In this document: one piece after another, positions 38,760 to 52,031 of the stretch
Position numbering within the stretch: the stretch's first letter is position 1
Layout of the letters: the number at the start of each line of letters is the position of its first letter
DNA from: Octopus sinensis
Lineage: Eukaryota
Assembly (NCBI RefSeq): GCF_006345805.1
Contig: NC_043017.1
Location: 10,602,001-10,666,000, forward strand
Direction: 5' to 3'
Length of the DNA: 64,000 bases
The notes under the pieces: model-generated
Seen by the model: the letters and a program-made list of their open reading frames with translations, nothing else
The model's database searches: none
Told to the model about the DNA's origin: nothing
Position numbers and translations under genes: made by a program

Positions 38760-39010
38760 ATAACTTTATTTAAATACAACGGCGGTGTCGTGAAGAGTAT
38801 AAATAGTTTTAAAAATGACGGTGGAGTCAAGAAATACAAGCTGGAACTTAAGCAGAAGTTGGTCCCAAACTTCAGCATGAGTCGAGGGAATGGTGGACGT
38901 CAAGTTGTTACAAGACGTGACGTCAGATACAACCGGTGCAAGCAGAAATATAGTCTCTCGGTTGCACAACTTCCGTTTCATTTATTTATTTATTTTTCTG
39001 GCATTGTTGT
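38760..39010 (-). promoter_or_regulatory. Putative LTN1 proximal promoter
   Basis: CpG-containing, repeat-free stretch upstream of the ATG with a perfect CRE TGACGTCA (38918-38925) and an ETS core ACTTCCG (38969-38975); TSS not determinable. Confidence 0.5.
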
Positions 39011-39891
39011 TTCACCATTGTCACCATCACCACCATCCGGTTGACCTATGTCGACATACAACGTGAGAATTGTGTAACTGAGTGATTATTTCGTCATCAC
39101 AAGTAAGCTAGTAGGGAGGGTGGTGTACAGGTAGAATCTTATGTTTCTAATATCAGACAACGTCAGATAGTTTTGTTTATTTTTTGTTTTCTTCTTTCCT
39201 TATATCTCCTATTATAAAGTGCTTCTTCGTTTCTAGAACCCCATCAAAATGAAAAGTATTTTTACTTCGTCAAAACAAAATGTTTCCCTACAGTAGCATG
39301 GTCAGTGGGGGCGATAGGGCAGTCCACCCCAGGCGGCACTTCTGGATCTACTGTATAAGCCCGAATAAGGTGCTGCAAGTAATAGTGGTGGTGGTGGCTG
39401 TGGAATCGGGGCTGCTCTAAGTGGGACACACGCTCTCCAGGAACAACTTGTTAAGCCAGGGCGCAAAATGAAAATGTTTTTCATAGACTAAATGTGAAGG
39501 TTTCTTATTTTTCTTCTTCTTATTATTATTAAAGCATAAGGACAGAGACTTTCGTCTTTGGTAGAGCTCTCATCGATTTTTTCAAGTTTCTAAAGAAAAG
39601 TGATGATGGAGAGGGAGGTGCTGTCCTTAAGTGGATTTATTAAAAGGCGAGTGAAAGTTGCAAAAAATGGCAAGAGTGAATGGCACCACTCTAAGGAATT
39701 GAAGAGGGCATCTGCCCTTGATGTTCAGGGAGATCTTGGACGGTAGTGTTCCTCGATTATCCCTTGAGGTCCTTCTGTGACAGGAGGTCCACATCACTAA
39801 CATCATTCTCCACTTCCTTTTAATTTATTTTTTAAATTTCATTTTATTTTTATTACGGTATCCTATGTGTGCGAAGTGATGTTTTTCTCTC

Positions 39892-40116
39892 GGATCTTTT
39901 CCTTTTGAACGGCAGTTTTCAACACAATTCTAGTTAACTAAACACTTTTAAACTTCGTATACTGGTAGAATGTGTTTATAAAACATCATTTTTTCTCGAC
40001 TTTATTGAGAAAATTCTATAGTTTGTAACATATTTCGACTTTAATTTCGAGCATTTCGGCAGTGTTTAGTTAACTAGAAATTGTGTTGAAAACTGCCGTT
40101 CAAAAGGAAAAGATCC
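39892..40116. mobile_element. MITE with ~55-bp TIRs
   Basis: GGATCTTTTCCTTTTGAACGGCAGTTTTCAACACAATT... and its reverse complement at the right end; TSD not clear. Confidence 0.7.
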
Positions 40117-41835
40117 TTTCTTTGCTCATGTTTGTTTTCGGTAACAATAAAGAAAAATAAACCTTCTTGCATGTGGTTATGCAAACAGAGAGAGAGTGTG
40201 TGTGTGTGTGTGCGTGCACGAAAGAATAATAAAGGGGAACAACTTTGGCAGGCGTGGCGGTGTGATTAAGAAGATAGTTCTCTTCTTATCTCCCGCGGAA
40301 TTTCGGTTTCGATCCTTCTGTTCGGTATCTATGAGCGTTTACCTCGCTATTTAATTCTCATCAAAATTTCATGTCAGCAGCATAAAAAATAAATAGGTGA
40401 ATTTTTACAATTACACCCGTTTCACGAGACTGGTGTAATAGTAAATATATTTCTTTACTACCCGCAAGGGGCTAAACACAGGGGGGACAAACAATGACAG
40501 ACAAACGGATTAAGTCGATTACATCGACCCCCAGTGAACTGGTACTTAATTTATCGACCTCGAAAGGATGAAAGGCAGAACGTAGCGGCAGACGAAATAC
40601 GGCTACGCATTTCGCCCGGTGTGCTAACGTTTCTGCTAGCTCGCGGCCCTGAAGTTCGTGAGTGGCTTTTGGTAGACACAAACTTAAAGGAACCTGCCGT
40701 GAGAGTGTGTATTTTCTTCTGTCTTAATTAAATTCTTCCTCCAGGGAAGGAGCTGGTTTTTAATAAAGATCGTAGATAACAAAAACAATGTCACATTTAA
40801 ACTTGAGAAAAGTCTTGTATATTTTTACTGTTCCACTTACAAATTGTATCTATGAGTGAGTGAGTTGATTTCTTTTTCTATGTATGTGTTGGTCTGTCTC
40901 CTGGCCTTCACATATGCATATACACACATGCACTTATATACACATACATATATACATATACACAAAACTCCACTAGAGTGGACGTAAGCGCTAATATATG
41001 ATATATGATTTATAAAAACATGTAACATACTAATAAATATCTGTAAATACAAAACCATCCAGGTTTCTGAGTACCTCATTTCTTCTAATATATAATACCT
41101 GTACATCATCTCCAAACCTTCTAATATACATATACATATATATTCATACACATGCAGACATATATTTACACATACACACACACACACATGAATATGCATG
41201 GACTAGCGTAGCTAGAGTATGCCACCCAGGGTGGCCCTTCCATTTGCCGCCCCTGGACCCTCATAAAAATCACATATTGCCTACAGCAGACCCAAAAGCA
41301 GTGCCCTTTTAAAAGTTCCACATAGTTCTCAGGGTTATTCTGCACGACATACAGTATGTGACAAGGCTGGCTCTTTGAATAACAGGGTAGGGCTCATATT
41401 AGCTAGCCGAATGGACTGGAGCAACATGGAACAAAGTGTCTTGCTCAAGGACACAATGTGTCACCAAGAATCGATCTCACGACCTTACACTTGTGAGCCA
41501 AATCACTAAGCCTCCCACACACACACACAATGTAGATAAAACAAGAAAAACAAGAAACAAGGCAAAAGTGGCGAATGAAGAAGAAAGAAGATGAAGGTAA
41601 AAAAGAAATACAAAACAGCAATATCGAAAGTGAAAGTAGATTTCTTTTTTATTAATCATTAATCATTATTCAGGATACACGTCAGATGGATGTTCATGGG
41701 ATAGAGTGACCAAAAAGAAAAAAGTTTCTTATTGAGCTTGAGCCTAAAACTATGGATTTGCAATTCAGAGATAAACTTATTTTAATTCTATGTCTGCATA
41801 ACAAACATGAATAATAATAATAATAATAATAATAA

Positions 41836-42391
41836 ATGCCCTGATGCAGTACCAGGCAGTGGCTCTCATGGCTTCTGATCTTAACTGACTGGAAGTGTTA
41901 TCATGTACATTGTTTTGTCTTGGTATAAAAGATGGGCTACAGCAAATATTCTGCTCAATACCACAGATTTGCTTGTCAGTTGTTTGACCTTAACCAGTTG
42001 AGCATGTCCCTTAGTGGCTGACGATATGTGCATCTCTGATCACGAGCAGAAGTAGTGGGGGAGCATCATAGCCATGTGTTGAGAGGGATTCTTTGGGGTT
42101 TGAATAGTTCACCTCTGGAAACATGGGTGGTTCTTTCAACATCCTTAAACAACCCTTATTCAGGGACCGTTTGAGCGGGATGGGCTACTCAACCTGAAGA
42201 GAATTCTAACTGGGCCCCACCTGCAAGGTCATGTGCTGTTTATCTTGATATGAGATCACCATGTCGTGCACATATGGTTGTGATGCATGTGCCTGGTGTA
42301 CCTTTATCAGACAGGTAGTCATGATGGGTATATTGGGCTTCGTATATTTTACCCCAGTGTCACTTTGATGGCATGAACTGCTCTCTCACTC
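41836..42391 (+). mobile_element. ~560-bp retroposon-like repeat between (AAT)n tracts, copy 1
   Basis: Highly similar to the reverse complement of 45151-45700; AAT repeats on both sides. Confidence 0.7.
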
Positions 42392-42919
42392 AATAATAAT
42401 AATAATAGTTTCAAATTTTAGCACAAGGCCGGCAATTTTGCAGGAGGGGCTAAGTGATACATCAACCCCAGTACTCGTTTAATTGACTTCAAAAGGATGA
42501 AAGGCAAAGTCAACCTCAGTGGTATTTGAACCCAGAATGTGAAGACAGACGAAATGCCACTAAGCATTTTACTTGATGCACTAACAATTCTGCCAGCTTA
42601 CCAAACAGAAACCAATATAATTAAGGACTGCTAGAATACTTGAGAAGGTTCTTGGCATTTAAAATTACTTGTGTCCCAATGATAGGAATAAAATGGCTTA
42701 CACAGCCCTTTGCAAGACTAACAAACAAATCTTTTATGGAAATTTTCGAAACAGGTGCAGGTGTGGCTGTGTGGTAAGAATCTTGCTTCCCAACCACATG
42801 GCTCTGGGTTCAGTCCCATTGTGTGGCACCTTGGGCAAGTGTCTTCTACTATAGTCTCAAGTCGACCAAAGCCTTGTGAGTGGATTTGGTAGATGGAAAT
42901 TGAAAGAATCCTATTGTGT

Positions 42920-42928
42920 GTATATATG

Positions 42929-43007
<79 letters not shown>

Positions 43008-43030
43008 ATATATATATATATGTATGTATG
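42920..43030. repeat. (TA)n microsatellite inside a SINE
   Basis: Seen directly. Confidence 0.95.
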
Positions 43031-43571
43031 TACATTGCTTGACAACTGATGTTGGTGTGTTTACGTCCCCATAACTTAGCAGTTTGGTGAAAGAGACTGA
43101 TAGAATAAGTACTAGGCATACAAGGAGTAAGTCTTGGAGTTGATTTGTTTGACTAAAGGTGGTGCTCCAGCTTGGCCGCAGTCAAATGAATGAAACTAAT
43201 AAAAGAATAAAAGGTGTAGTCATGTGGTAAGAAGGCATGTGGTGGTGAGCTGGCAGAATCGTTAGCACGCCGGACGAAATGCTTTGCGGTATTTCGTCTG
43301 CTGTTATGTTCTGAGTTCAAATTCCGCCAGGGTCGACTTTGCCTTTCATCCTTTCGGGGTTGATAAATTAAGTACCAGTTACACACTGGGGGGGGGGGCC
43401 GATGTACTCGACTTAATCCCTTTGTCTGTCCTTCTTTGTCCCCTCCATGTTTAGCCCCTTTCATCCTTTCGGGGTTGATAAATTAAGTACCAGTGAAACA
43501 CCAGGGTCGATGTAATTGTCTAGTCCCCTCCCCACAAATTTCAGGCCTTGTGCCTTTTGTAGAAAGGATTA

Positions 43572-43613
43572 TAATTATTATTATTATTATTATCATCATC
43601 ATTATCATTATTA

Positions 43614-43653
<40 letters not shown>

Positions 43654-43736
43654 CATTATTATTATTATTATGATCATCGTGATTATCATTATTATTGTTA
43701 TTATTATTATTGTTATTATTATTATTATTATTATTA
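43572..43736. repeat. (ATT)n microsatellite
   Basis: Seen directly. Confidence 0.95.
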
Positions 43737-44367
43737 TGAAAGTGGTAATTCAGCAGAAACATTAGAACACAAGAAAAACAAAAAAAAAGGCTTTTGCAGT
43801 GTTTGTTTTTATCATCGTCATCATGATTTTTTGGGGTTTTTTTTTTGTTTTTTGTTCATGTTTAGAATTCAAATGAAACCAAAGACAGCTTTACCTTCCA
43901 TTTTTTTGTAGTGTGGTGGTGGTGGTGATGGTGGTGGTTTTAGTGGTGATGGTGGTGGTTTTAGTGGTGGTGGTGGTGGTTTTGGTGGTGGTTGTTAAAA
44001 TCAAACAAGAGTTTGATTTTACTAACTTGCATCCTTTAAAACGTACAGACTTGCATCTAAAGCATCATCATCACCAACACCATCATTAGCATCATCATCA
44101 TCATCAGCAACTTCAAGACAACCATCATTGTCCATGCCATCATCATCATCATCATCATCATCATCGTCGTCGTCATCGTCGTTGTTGTTCTTATATATGT
44201 GAGGTATAGCAGTGATAGAGCTGTGTGTGCATGTGTTTATTTATGTGTGTGTGCTGTGCCTGTGTGTGTGTGTGCGTGTGTGTGTCTGTGCATATATGTG
44301 TTTTCAGGTGCATCTGTGCATGGAATTGTGTGTGCGTGCATGTGTGTGTGTGTGTGTGCATGTGTGA

Positions 44368-44573
44368 TTAACCTGCTATATTCGTAGGACCTTCTATTTG
44401 CACAGGACCTTCTATATGCATACTACCGTGTATGGGTGTAGAACCTTCTATATTCGTACAATAACCGGCAGCCAGGAAGAAAGTCAATGCCGCAATCGAG
44501 GACATGATGTAACACGCATACATCGTTATTTCGTTAAAACCATATATAAATATTCCAGTCATTATAGTCAATC
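44368..44573 (-). CDS. Claudin-like gene A, exon 3 (to stop; 172-aa protein)
   Basis: GLTIMTGIFIYGFNEITMYACYIMSSIAALTFFLAAG (TM3/TM4), repeat tail, TAA; CCAG acceptor. Confidence 0.85.
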
Positions 44574-44816
44574 CTGGAAGTAAAAGAATAAATAAACAAA
44601 TGACATCGTCATCATCATCGTCATCATCATCAAAAACAACAACAGTAAAGGTGGAGAGCTGGTGGAATCATAGCATCCACATTTAATTCTGCTGAGGTCG
44701 ACTTTGCCTTTCATTCTTTTAGGGTTGATGAAACAAGTACCAGTTGAACACAGGGGTCAATAAAATCGACTTATCCCCACCCCTAAAATTGCTGGCCTTG
44801 AGCCCAAATTTGAAAC

Positions 44817-45132
44817 CGTGTCTGTGGCACGTAAAAAGCACCATCTGAATCGTGGCCGAAGCCAGTGCCGCCTCGACTGGCTTCTGTGCAGGTGGCACGT
44901 AAAATGCACCAATCCGACCGTGGCCGATGCCAGCCTCGCCTGGCACCAGTGCAGGTGGCACGTAAAATGCACCCACTACACTCACGGAGTGGTTGGCATT
45001 AGGAAGGGCATCCAGCTGTAGAAACATTGCCAGATAAGACCGGAGCCTGGTGCAGCCTTCTGGCTTCCCAGATCCCCGTCGAACCGTCCAACCCATGCTA
45101 GCATGGAGAACGGACGTTAAACGATGATGATG
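44817..45132 (+). mobile_element. Retroposon family C 3' portion ending in (GAT)n
   Basis: GTGGTTGGCRTTAGGAAGGGCATCCAGC...AACCCATGCTAGCATGGA...AAACGATGATGATG; related copies at ~19760-20030, 25440-25580, 26810-27000, 36784-36935. Confidence 0.75.
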
Positions 45133-45150
45133 ATTATTATTATTATTATT

Positions 45151-45700
45151 GAACGAGAAAGCAATGTATGCCATCAAAGTGACACTGGGGTACAAATATA
45201 CAAAGCCCAATATACCCATCATTGTTTGATAAGGGTACACCAGGTACATGCATCACAACCATATGTGCATGACATGGTGATCTTATATCAAAATAAACAG
45301 CGCATGATCTTGCAAGTGAGGCCCAGTTAGGATTTTTCTTCAGTTCAAGTAGCTCATTCCACTCAAAAGGACCCTGAATAAGGGTTGTTTAAGGATGTTG
45401 AATGAAACACCCATGTTTCCAGAGGTGAATCATCCAAATCCCAAAGAATCCCGCTCAACACATGGCTATGATGCTCCCCCACTACTTCTGCTCGTGATCA
45501 GAGATGCACATATCGTCAGCCACTAAGGGACATGCTCAACTGGTGAAGGTCAAACAACTGACAAGTAAATCTGTGGTATTGAGCAGAATATTTGCTGTAG
45601 CCCATCTTTTATACCAAGGCCAAACAATGTATATGATAACACTTCCAATCAGTTAAGATCAGAAGCCATGAGAGCCACTGCCTGGTACTACATCAGGGCA
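45151..45700 (-). mobile_element. ~550-bp retroposon-like repeat between (TTA)n tracts, copy 2
   Basis: Inverted copy of 41836-42391. Confidence 0.7.
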
Positions 45701-45715
45701 TTATTATTATTATTA

Positions 45716-45749
<34 letters not shown>

Positions 45750-46059
45750 CATTATTATTATTATTAAGAAGGCAGTGAGCTGGCAGAATTGTTAGCATGC
45801 TGGATGACATGCTTCGTGGTATTTCATCCATCGCTACATTCTGAGTTCAAATCCCGCCAAGGTTGACTTTGCCTTTCATCCTTTCAGGGTCAACAAATTA
45901 AGTACCAGTTGAGTACAGGGGGTGGATGTAAATGACTCATCCCCTCCCCCAAAGTTACTGCCCATGTGGAATAATTTGAAACCATTATTATTATCATCGT
46001 TATTATTACTATTATTATTATAATTATTAATCTGCTTGCTGCTGTCTTCTCATATATAT

Positions 46060-46093
<34 letters not shown>

Positions 46094-46389
46094 CATATGT
46101 ATATATACATACATATATATGTATATATACATACATATATATGTATATATACATATATAACGGGAAGCTTTATGAAAATAGACAAAAGACGAAGGCAGGT
46201 TTATGGAAATAAGCAAAAGACGAAGGCAGGTGGAATACAAACAAACAATTGTATTAGTATGGCGCTCAGGAAATATAAATAAAACAAGTCTTTAACGTTT
46301 CGAGCCTACGCTCTTCAACAGAAAGATACACAGAGAAGAAACACAGAAAGAAGGAGAGAAAAAAAAATGCGTGCAGAGGCTAGCAAATC

Positions 46390-46600
46390 AACATACATAC
46401 ATGCATATATACACACACACACACACACACACATGTGTGTGTATATATACATATACACACATGCATACACACACACGTGCAGACACATACATACACACAC
46501 ACACATACATGTGTGTGTGTATATATACATATACACACATACATGTGTGTGTGTATATATACATTTACACACATGCATACACACACACACATATGCATGT
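46390..46600. repeat. (CA)/(TA) compound microsatellite
   Basis: Seen directly. Confidence 0.9.
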
Positions 46601-46841
46601 ATGTATAAGTAAAAGCACTCAGTCCACTCCGTGGAGTGGTTGGTGTTAGGAAGGGTGTGCGGGCGAAATACCTTGCCAAATCAAACACTGAAGCCCGGTG
46701 CAGTCTTCTGCCAAGTCACCTCCTGTCAAACCATCCAACCCATGGCAGATAGAAAGTGGACGTTAAATAGAGAAGATGATGATGAAGTATGTATACACGT
46801 AGGCATGTATGTGTGTAGGTATGCATACTCATCTGACTTAC

Positions 46842-46985
46842 CTGTAAATAAACAAAGGCCTGCAAGTGCAGCTTGCAAATGTAGAATCTCAACATTCGTA
46901 TAAAACTTCAGAATTAAGAGTATAGAAACAATTGCGGCAGCAAGCAGTCCCAGCACTTCCATGCTCCGGAACGCCCTGAAAGTCA
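46842..46985 (-). CDS. Claudin-like gene A, exon 2
   Basis: VTFRAFRSMEVLGLLAAAIVSILLILKF...LAGLCLFTG (TM2, start of TM3); CAG/GTAAGT; 144 nt; phase 1-1. Confidence 0.87.
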
Positions 46986-47042
46986 CTGCAAAACAGAGAA
47001 AACAATAGAAAACAATATGTGGCGTCCCCTAGTGATTCGTTA

Positions 47043-47447
47043 GGCGCGGGAGTGGCTGTGTGGTAAGTAGCTTGCTAACCAACCACATGGTTCCGGGTTC
47101 AGTCCCACCGCGTGGCATCTTTGGCAAGTGTCTTCTGCTTATAGCCCCGGGCCGACCAATGCCTTGTGAGTGGATTTGGTAGACGGAAACTGAAAGAAGC
47201 CCGTCGTATATATGTATATATATATATATATGTGTTTGTGTGTCTGTATTTGTCCCCCTAGCATTGCTTGACAACCGATGCTGGTGTGTTTACGTGCCCA
47301 TCACTTAGCGGTTCGGCAAAAGAGACCGATAGAATAAGTACTGGGCTTACAAAGAATAAGTCCCGGGGTCGATTAGCTCGACTAAAGGTGGTGCTCCAGC
47401 ATGGCCGCAGTCAAATGACTGAAACAAGTAAAAGAGTAAAAGAGAGT
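47043..47447 (+). mobile_element. SINE family A
   Basis: Full-length copy just outside gene A exon 2, on its acceptor side. Confidence 0.85.
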
Positions 47448-48481
47448 AACTATTTCTTCATTATATTTGGCAGGATTAGAAGTTTTAATTTGAAATTGAG
47501 GAATAAAGAAGAAGGCGCATAAGAAGTTGTGTGTTTTGTAAGGGAAGCTGGTCATGAATCATACATTTTAACAGATGTACTCGTAGCAGGGATGTTGGTG
47601 GAATCAGAGTCCCAAACAACTCTCCTCCTAGGAATTGAACCCAGAACCAGTGTGTGTATGTGAAAGTTATTGTACACATGGGAACAGGTTCTTGTCAGGG
47701 ATTGTTGATGTCAGCAAGCAACTAATCTTTCAGATCCCTGATAAACACATTATGAACTTGTTATTTTCAGCATCTGGGAAAATTGCTGAAGCTGTTGTAA
47801 ACCATTTGGGGCATAAACAACTTATTAGAATGCTATTAACAATTTTGTCTTTGGTGTGTTTTCTTTGATAGATCCTTTGGTTTATATAGATGGTTTTTCT
47901 CATATCTGACAAGCAGTTGTTATACAGCTAAGATTAATTGCTGCAGGAATGTATGCCCTACCCAACTGGTATTGCTATTCACAATCGTTGGAGTTGCACG
48001 CATCTTGCATGGAAACACATAAACAGACCCACTAAAAGTTGTGGTGCACCTGAGCACTGTATACAATAATTTCATTATTATTATTATTTTTTTTTTTTAA
48101 ATGTTTTTCTTTTCTCATTAATGACAACAGCTTTTTGTTACCAATTAATAAATATCTTTATATTTGGACTAGGTTTTTTTTTTCTATTGTCAGCCAACTA
48201 AATATTTTGTGATGTACATACCCATGCTGATTTTCTTACATAGGAGAGTTCTATCAATGTTGCTGACTTCAACTGCTGTGCAGAATGAAGAATCTAATAG
48301 TATTAAATTCTTCATTCAGACCAGGAAAATCCATCAAAAATAAGTGCTTTAACCTGTTATGCTAAAATACACAACCTTTGTTTCAATTGATTTTAAAAAT
48401 AGATGAGTATTGCATGTGTTTTCTTTTTTCATAACTGTATACCTAATTTTGCACTCTGCCTGTATATATATGTATACATGG

Positions 48482-48867
48482 AATGGAAGCACTCCGTCGG
48501 TTACGACGACGAGGGTTCTGGTTGATCCGAATCAACGGAACAGCCTGCTCGTGAAATTAACGTGTTAGTGGCTGAGCACTCCACAGACACGTGTACCCTT
48601 AACGTAGTTCTCGGGGATATTCAGCGTGACACAGAGAGTGACAAGGCCGGCCCTTTGAAATACAGGTACAACAGAAACAGGAAGTAAGAGTGAGAGAAAG
48701 TTGTGGTGAAAGAGTACAGCAGGGATCACCACCATCCCCTGCCGGAGCCTCGTGGAGCTTTTAGGTGTTTTCGCTCAATAAACACTCAACGCCCGGTCTG
48801 GCAATCGAAACCGCGATCCTATGACTGCGAGTCCGCTGCCCTAACCACTGGGCCATTGCGCCTCCAC
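48482..48867 (-). mobile_element. SINE family D
   Basis: Near-identical to 29824-30229; partial copies at ~4705-4920 and ~23840-24010. Confidence 0.85.
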
Positions 48868-48889
48868 ATATGTATACATACATACATAC

Positions 48890-49890
48890 ATATGCTGCCG
48901 ACATCCTCTATGATGATGACCTTGCTCTAATTGCTGAGTCACTATCAGAACTAGAGGAGGAGTTTCAGGTGTGGAAGCAAGGATTAGAATTGAAGGGCCT
49001 TAGAGTCAACCTAGCTAAAACCAAAGTCCTAATAAGTAGGAAGGCAGGCAAACTACAAATCCCTTCAGGTAGATGGCCCTGCTCGATCTGTAGAAAAGGC
49101 ATGAGTAGAAACTCAGATGTACCCAGTGTAAGCTATGGGCACATATGAGGTGCAGCAATATCAGAGGACGGTTAACTGGGAAGATAGTTTTGTGTGTGGC
49201 AAATGCTCAGGAGCAATAAACACTGAAAATGTGCAGAGAACAACTTCCACCACATTCCAGGGAGAATAACCAGAAGTAGTTGATAGCTTCTGTTACCTAG
49301 GTGACCAAGTCAGTAGCGGGGGTATAAACAGCCATGCTACATGGCAGTGAAACATGGGCTGTGACTGCTGAGGACATGCGTAAGCTTGCAAGAAATGAAG
49401 CCAGTATACTCCGCTGGATGTGTAATGTCAGTATGCATACTCGACAGAGTGTAAGTACTTTGAGAGAAAAGTTGGACCTAAGAAGCACGTACAAGCTGAT
49501 GGTTATGGAAATTTCCTTGTCTTTGTCATGCCCTCTTTGGCATCCCTTAGCACATGGCACCCCAGGCAACTGCCCAAATTGCCAGTACCTTGAGCCGGCC
49601 CTGATAGTAGAAGACACTTGGCCAAAGTGCAACATGGTGGGACTGAACCTGGAACAATGTTCTTACCATACAGCCAAGTCTACACCTATATGTATGTATG
49701 TATAAAACAGACAGATGGACAGCTGAATAAAGAAGTGCTGAGATCTAATTATGAAGGGTACCTGTGGAAGGGGTAGACCCAGGAAGACATGGGACAAAAC
49801 GGTGAGAAAGGATCTTTGGATGCTGGGCCTCACTGAGAAAATGACAAGGGACCAACAGATGTGGAGATTTGCTGTACCTGGATAAGACAT
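48890..49890 (+). mobile_element. RTE-type LINE 3' fragment, interrupted
   Basis: LYDDDLALIAES...GLRVNLAKTKVL (RT C-terminus), MLHGSETWAV...ILRWMC, GRGRPRKTW; stops and frameshifts. Confidence 0.85.
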
Positions 49891-50953
49891 GTCAAGCTAA
49901 GTAAAACCGCTGTCTTCCACAGATACAGGCTTGTCCTTTCAGGTGCTGGTGCCACTTAAAAAGCATCTGTACCGGTGCTGCGTGAATGCCCCCGTTCCAG
50001 TGGCACATAAACGGCACCTGGCACTCTCTGTTAAGCGGTTGGCATTAGGAAGGGCATCCAGCTATGGAAACCATGCTTCAACAGACAGGAAAAGTATAAA
50101 AAAAAGTTGTTACAATATTTTGTGTAGAAGTTTGACTAATTTACTGAACATGAACTTTAACAAAAAAAAAAAAAACTTTTATGGACCACCAAGAGTGGAA
50201 CCACTTAAGTAAAACATATGGGATGGTCACCACTGGTACGTCAATGATATAAGTCTATTGGAAAACAGGCTGAACTTTAGCTTAAATATCAAGGCGACAA
50301 CAAATCATATATTGTTACGAAACCAAATGACTGAACGTCTACGTGGTCAGTATAGACTGCTAGAAATAGCAGCCAAATTGCCATCGACTTACTGTTTACT
50401 TTTAAAAGAAACACTGGAAGAATACATTGCATGACATAGTTGTGAATGAGAGAGAGAGAGAAAGAGGAAGAAAGAAAGAAAGAAAGAAGGTGAAAAAAGT
50501 AAGAAAGAAAAAGAGGGAAATGGGGAGAGAAAAAGAGAGAAAGAAAAGGAAATGGGAAGAGAAATAGAGACAGACAGAAGGAAAATCAGAAAGAAAGAGA
50601 AAAAGACAAAAGTCTTTTGTGGGGTGTTTTGGGTAAGAGGGGAAGAGGTTGGCCCAAAAGGCAAGTATAAGTAATGAAATAACGTTTTCAAATTTTGACA
50701 CAGAGCCAGCAGTTCTTGAAGGGATCGATTGAGCACTGGGGCCAACTGGTACTTAATTTATCGACCACACCCACCGCTCCTGAATGGGTAAAAAAATAAA
50801 GTCGACCTCTGCGGAATTTGAACTCAGAACATCAAGCCAGACGAAATGCCGCGACGCATTTTGTCTGGCGTGCTAACGGTTCTGCCAGATGGCCGCCCTA
50901 GGATGCAACGAAATAATCACAGGAAACGGATTTTTTTTTTGTCACTTTTGTAC

Positions 50954-51122
50954 CTGAACTCCCTTCGTATTCGCGACATTCTTTTTCAGTACAGATCCGC
51001 CAAAGGCCTTCACTTCCGTCCTGATATTTGTACCAATACGGAAGAGACACTGATAATAGATGAAACACTGTGATAGTTATACAGAGGATGACGAGTACAT
51101 CGGATTTTCGGTTACGTTCCAT
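50954..51122 (-). CDS. Claudin/PMP22/EMP-like tetraspan gene A, exon 1
   Basis: MERNRKSDVLVILCITITVFHLLSVSLPYWYKYQDGSEGLWRICTEKEC: TM1 plus W-GLW-C-C signature; CAG/GTAC donor; 169 nt. Confidence 0.88.
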
Positions 51123-51644
51123 AATTTTGAAAGTCTTTTCGGAGGGAGTTATGGGGTTCTTCTGAGTGTTTTTACTGGTTGAGGCTTCAAGCTTTTGGTG
51201 TGAAAGCTTGGAAAGAAATTGGAAGTTTTCAAGGCTTCGAAAGTTTTAATCTTTTGAACGCCGTTCTTCTTGGATCGCTTGAACACACGTGGCATTGATG
51301 ATACTCGTGTGTGTGAGTGTAAGCATATACTTACAAATATACATACCAACACATATACACATACGCATGCATAAGTACATACACACACCTTTATATACAT
51401 ATGTACATATACATAAACTTATATTTATACATGCCTATGTTCGTACATAAATACGTACGCATACATACATGTATACACACACACACACGCACACATACAT
51501 ACGTAGATATACATGCACACATACATTCTTATACACATATACATAAATACCTAAACGTGTATACAATACACGCTTACATACACACATGCATTCTTACGGT
51601 TTATGCATAAACGGTAAATTGGAAGGTTCAGTCGAACAACTCTC

Positions 51645-52031
51645 TTTTTTTACTCTCTTTTTACTTGTTTCAGTCATTTGACTGCGGCCATGCTGGAGCA
51701 CCGCCTTTAGTCGATCAAATCGACCTGGGGACTTATTCTTTGTAAGCCCAGTACTTATCCTATCGGTCTCTTTTGCCGAACCGCTAAGTAACGGGGATGT
51801 AAACACATCAGTATCGGTTGTCAAGCAATGCTAGGGGGACAAACACAGACACACATATATATATACATATATACGACGGGCTTCTTTCAGTTTCCGTCTA
51901 CCAAATCCACTCACAAGGCATTGGTCGGCCCGGGGCTATAGCAGAAGACACTTGCCCAAGATGCCACGCAGTGGGACTGAACCCGGAACCATGTGGTTGG
52001 TTAGCAAGCTACTTACCACACAGCCACTCCT
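51645..52031 (-). mobile_element. SINE family A
   Basis: Reverse-complement copy in the intergenic spacer. Confidence 0.85.

Noticed and set aside
43483-43911. Poly-I, poly-Y and poly-N ORFs
   Set aside because: Translations of an (ATT)n microsatellite; no splice or homology support
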